Source: Octopus bimaculoides
Lineage: Eukaryota
DNA length: 53,939 bases
Direction of reading: 5' to 3'
Assembly: GCF_001194135.2 (NCBI RefSeq)
Contig: NC_068982.1
Span: 166,044,484-166,098,422 of the forward strand
Made by a program: the position numbers and the translations under genes. The notes below the pieces were generated by a model. It was not told the origin of the DNA, did not search any database, and saw only the letters and a list, made by a program, of their open reading frames with translations. Shown in pieces: positions 52,188 to 53,939 of this stretch (position 1 is its first letter; the number at the start of each line of letters is the position of its first letter).

Positions 52188-53325
52188 CGATGTGTAGGTA
52201 AAATCCTGTTAAGAAACTCGCTCGTTTCTCAGGCACGTAGTTTTGTTCTTGATTTAATCATGCGTTGCCTTGGGCGTGCGTATTGTTATATTTATTTTAG
52301 CTAATATCTTATAAGGGGAATTTCCTTGAAAACCCATCGGGAACGTATATGTGAAAGGTGTTATCATCGCCCATAAAACCGTTAAACTGCTACTTTCGAA
52401 AGAAAATTATGTGTGGTATTTCAAGTGTCACTTCTGATATCTCTTACCAGCATAATAAATACAGTGAACCAATGTTTGGCCCATTGGAAACCTATGAACG
52501 AATACTCTCTTGCTCATACAATGAGTACTATAAAAATAGAAAATATAAATATTTGCATGTGTGATCGTATATATGTAAATATAAAGCATGAATGACAGAG
52601 TATATGGTTGTCCCTCAGTCAATCTTAACGAATGGACGGTAGAGTTGTTTGAATTAATTGAATTAATTGAAAGTAGCTTAATATTCTACATACAGTTACA
52701 TCCAAACATAATCCTCAGACAGAATTAGCGTGACAGTATGCATTCCAGCCAGCATTGTACAGATTAGACATTTCCACAATTGCAAAATTGCATGTGCGTA
52801 TATGCATATATGTATATACACACAAACATATGTACGTATGCACATACATATGTATTCATATACGTACTTACATACATACATAGACAGAAATATTGACAGA
52901 CAGACAGATACATACATACGTATATACATACATACATACATACATACATACATACATACATGCATAGATGATATCTCTGTTACCTTGATCAGCTTTTAGG
53001 CATTAGATTGTGACCATGCTGGAGCACTGCTTTCAAATATGAATACTTAAAAATGTTTGAAAACTTTTGTACCATTGGAGTAATATTTAGAATATAGTAT
53101 ATGTGTGAGTGTGTGTGTGTGTGAGTGTGCGTGCGTGCGTGCATGTATGTGTGTATTTATGTATGTGTGTATATATGTGTATGTGTATGTGTATTAAGCA
53201 TATGTACATATTCACACATACATATATATAATAATAATATAAATAATATATATATATATGCATATATACATACATATATGTACATATATATATGTACATA
53301 TATATATGTACATATATATATGTAC

Positions 53326-53363
<38 letters not shown>

Positions 53364-53842
53364 TTGTGTGTGGAAAGTGATATGTATATAATGTGTAATA
53401 TCATACATACACGCACACACATATATAAAAACATACACACACAATCCTGTGTGTTGGTACAGTTTCCAGCCTCTTGGCTTTGATCATTTTTGAAATTTCT
53501 ATAACTTGAGAAGGAGGGGAGGTTGCATGTGCGTGCTTGCGTGAATATATGTATGTGTGTCTAATCTGAACAGAATCGAGTCAAGTAAACATGGAATATG
53601 TATGTATCCGTAACGAAGACTATACTTTATTAAATTAAAATGATGCAATTTTAGCTTCTGAATGAATCAAGTCTAAGATAATAAAGATATAAAGATGAAC
53701 AAAAAAAATAGATCTTCCAACATGAATTTATTGAAAACTTTGCGATGTTGATTAAATCACGGAAGAATAATATTACTATTAGAAAATATATATTCTATAT
53801 ATTTTGTATGATTATATATAGATACATACACATACCCACAGA

Positions 53843-53939
<97 letters not shown>

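Noticed and set aside
776-53483. Dozens of long ORFs rich in YI, HT, VC, RE, LS or X
   Set aside because: They are translations of (TA)n, (CA)n, (GA)n and N gaps, with no coding signal.

Overview
AT-rich eukaryotic genomic DNA dense in microsatellites, with nine N gaps, eight of them long and all sitting inside simple repeats (typical of a short-read assembly). The tRNA-derived SINE families look like those of Octopus or another coleoid cephalopod; this is recognition from memory, not a database result. No intact protein-coding gene, rRNA, tRNA gene or CRISPR array is supported, and most listed ORFs are translated microsatellites. The window is mainly a graveyard of mobile elements: an R4/Dong-like non-LTR fragment (about 17.0-17.8 kb), a Tc1 transposase fragment cut by a Penelope-like element (23.1-24.9 kb), Tx1/L1-like remnants (27.9-30.0 kb), an RTE LINE (40.9-42.3 kb), a CR1-type RT (46.9-47.5 kb), a probable MITE (25.1-25.4 kb) and many SINEs. 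The most notable structures are (1) a CpG-rich island at about 5.3-6.15 kb with YY1/E2F-like motifs and outward-facing splice donors, next to a near-perfect 87-bp inverted duplication, and (2) the Penelope-like element with an inverted copy of its own 3' end carrying a hammerhead-ribozyme core. I found nothing I can defend as a new biological system.
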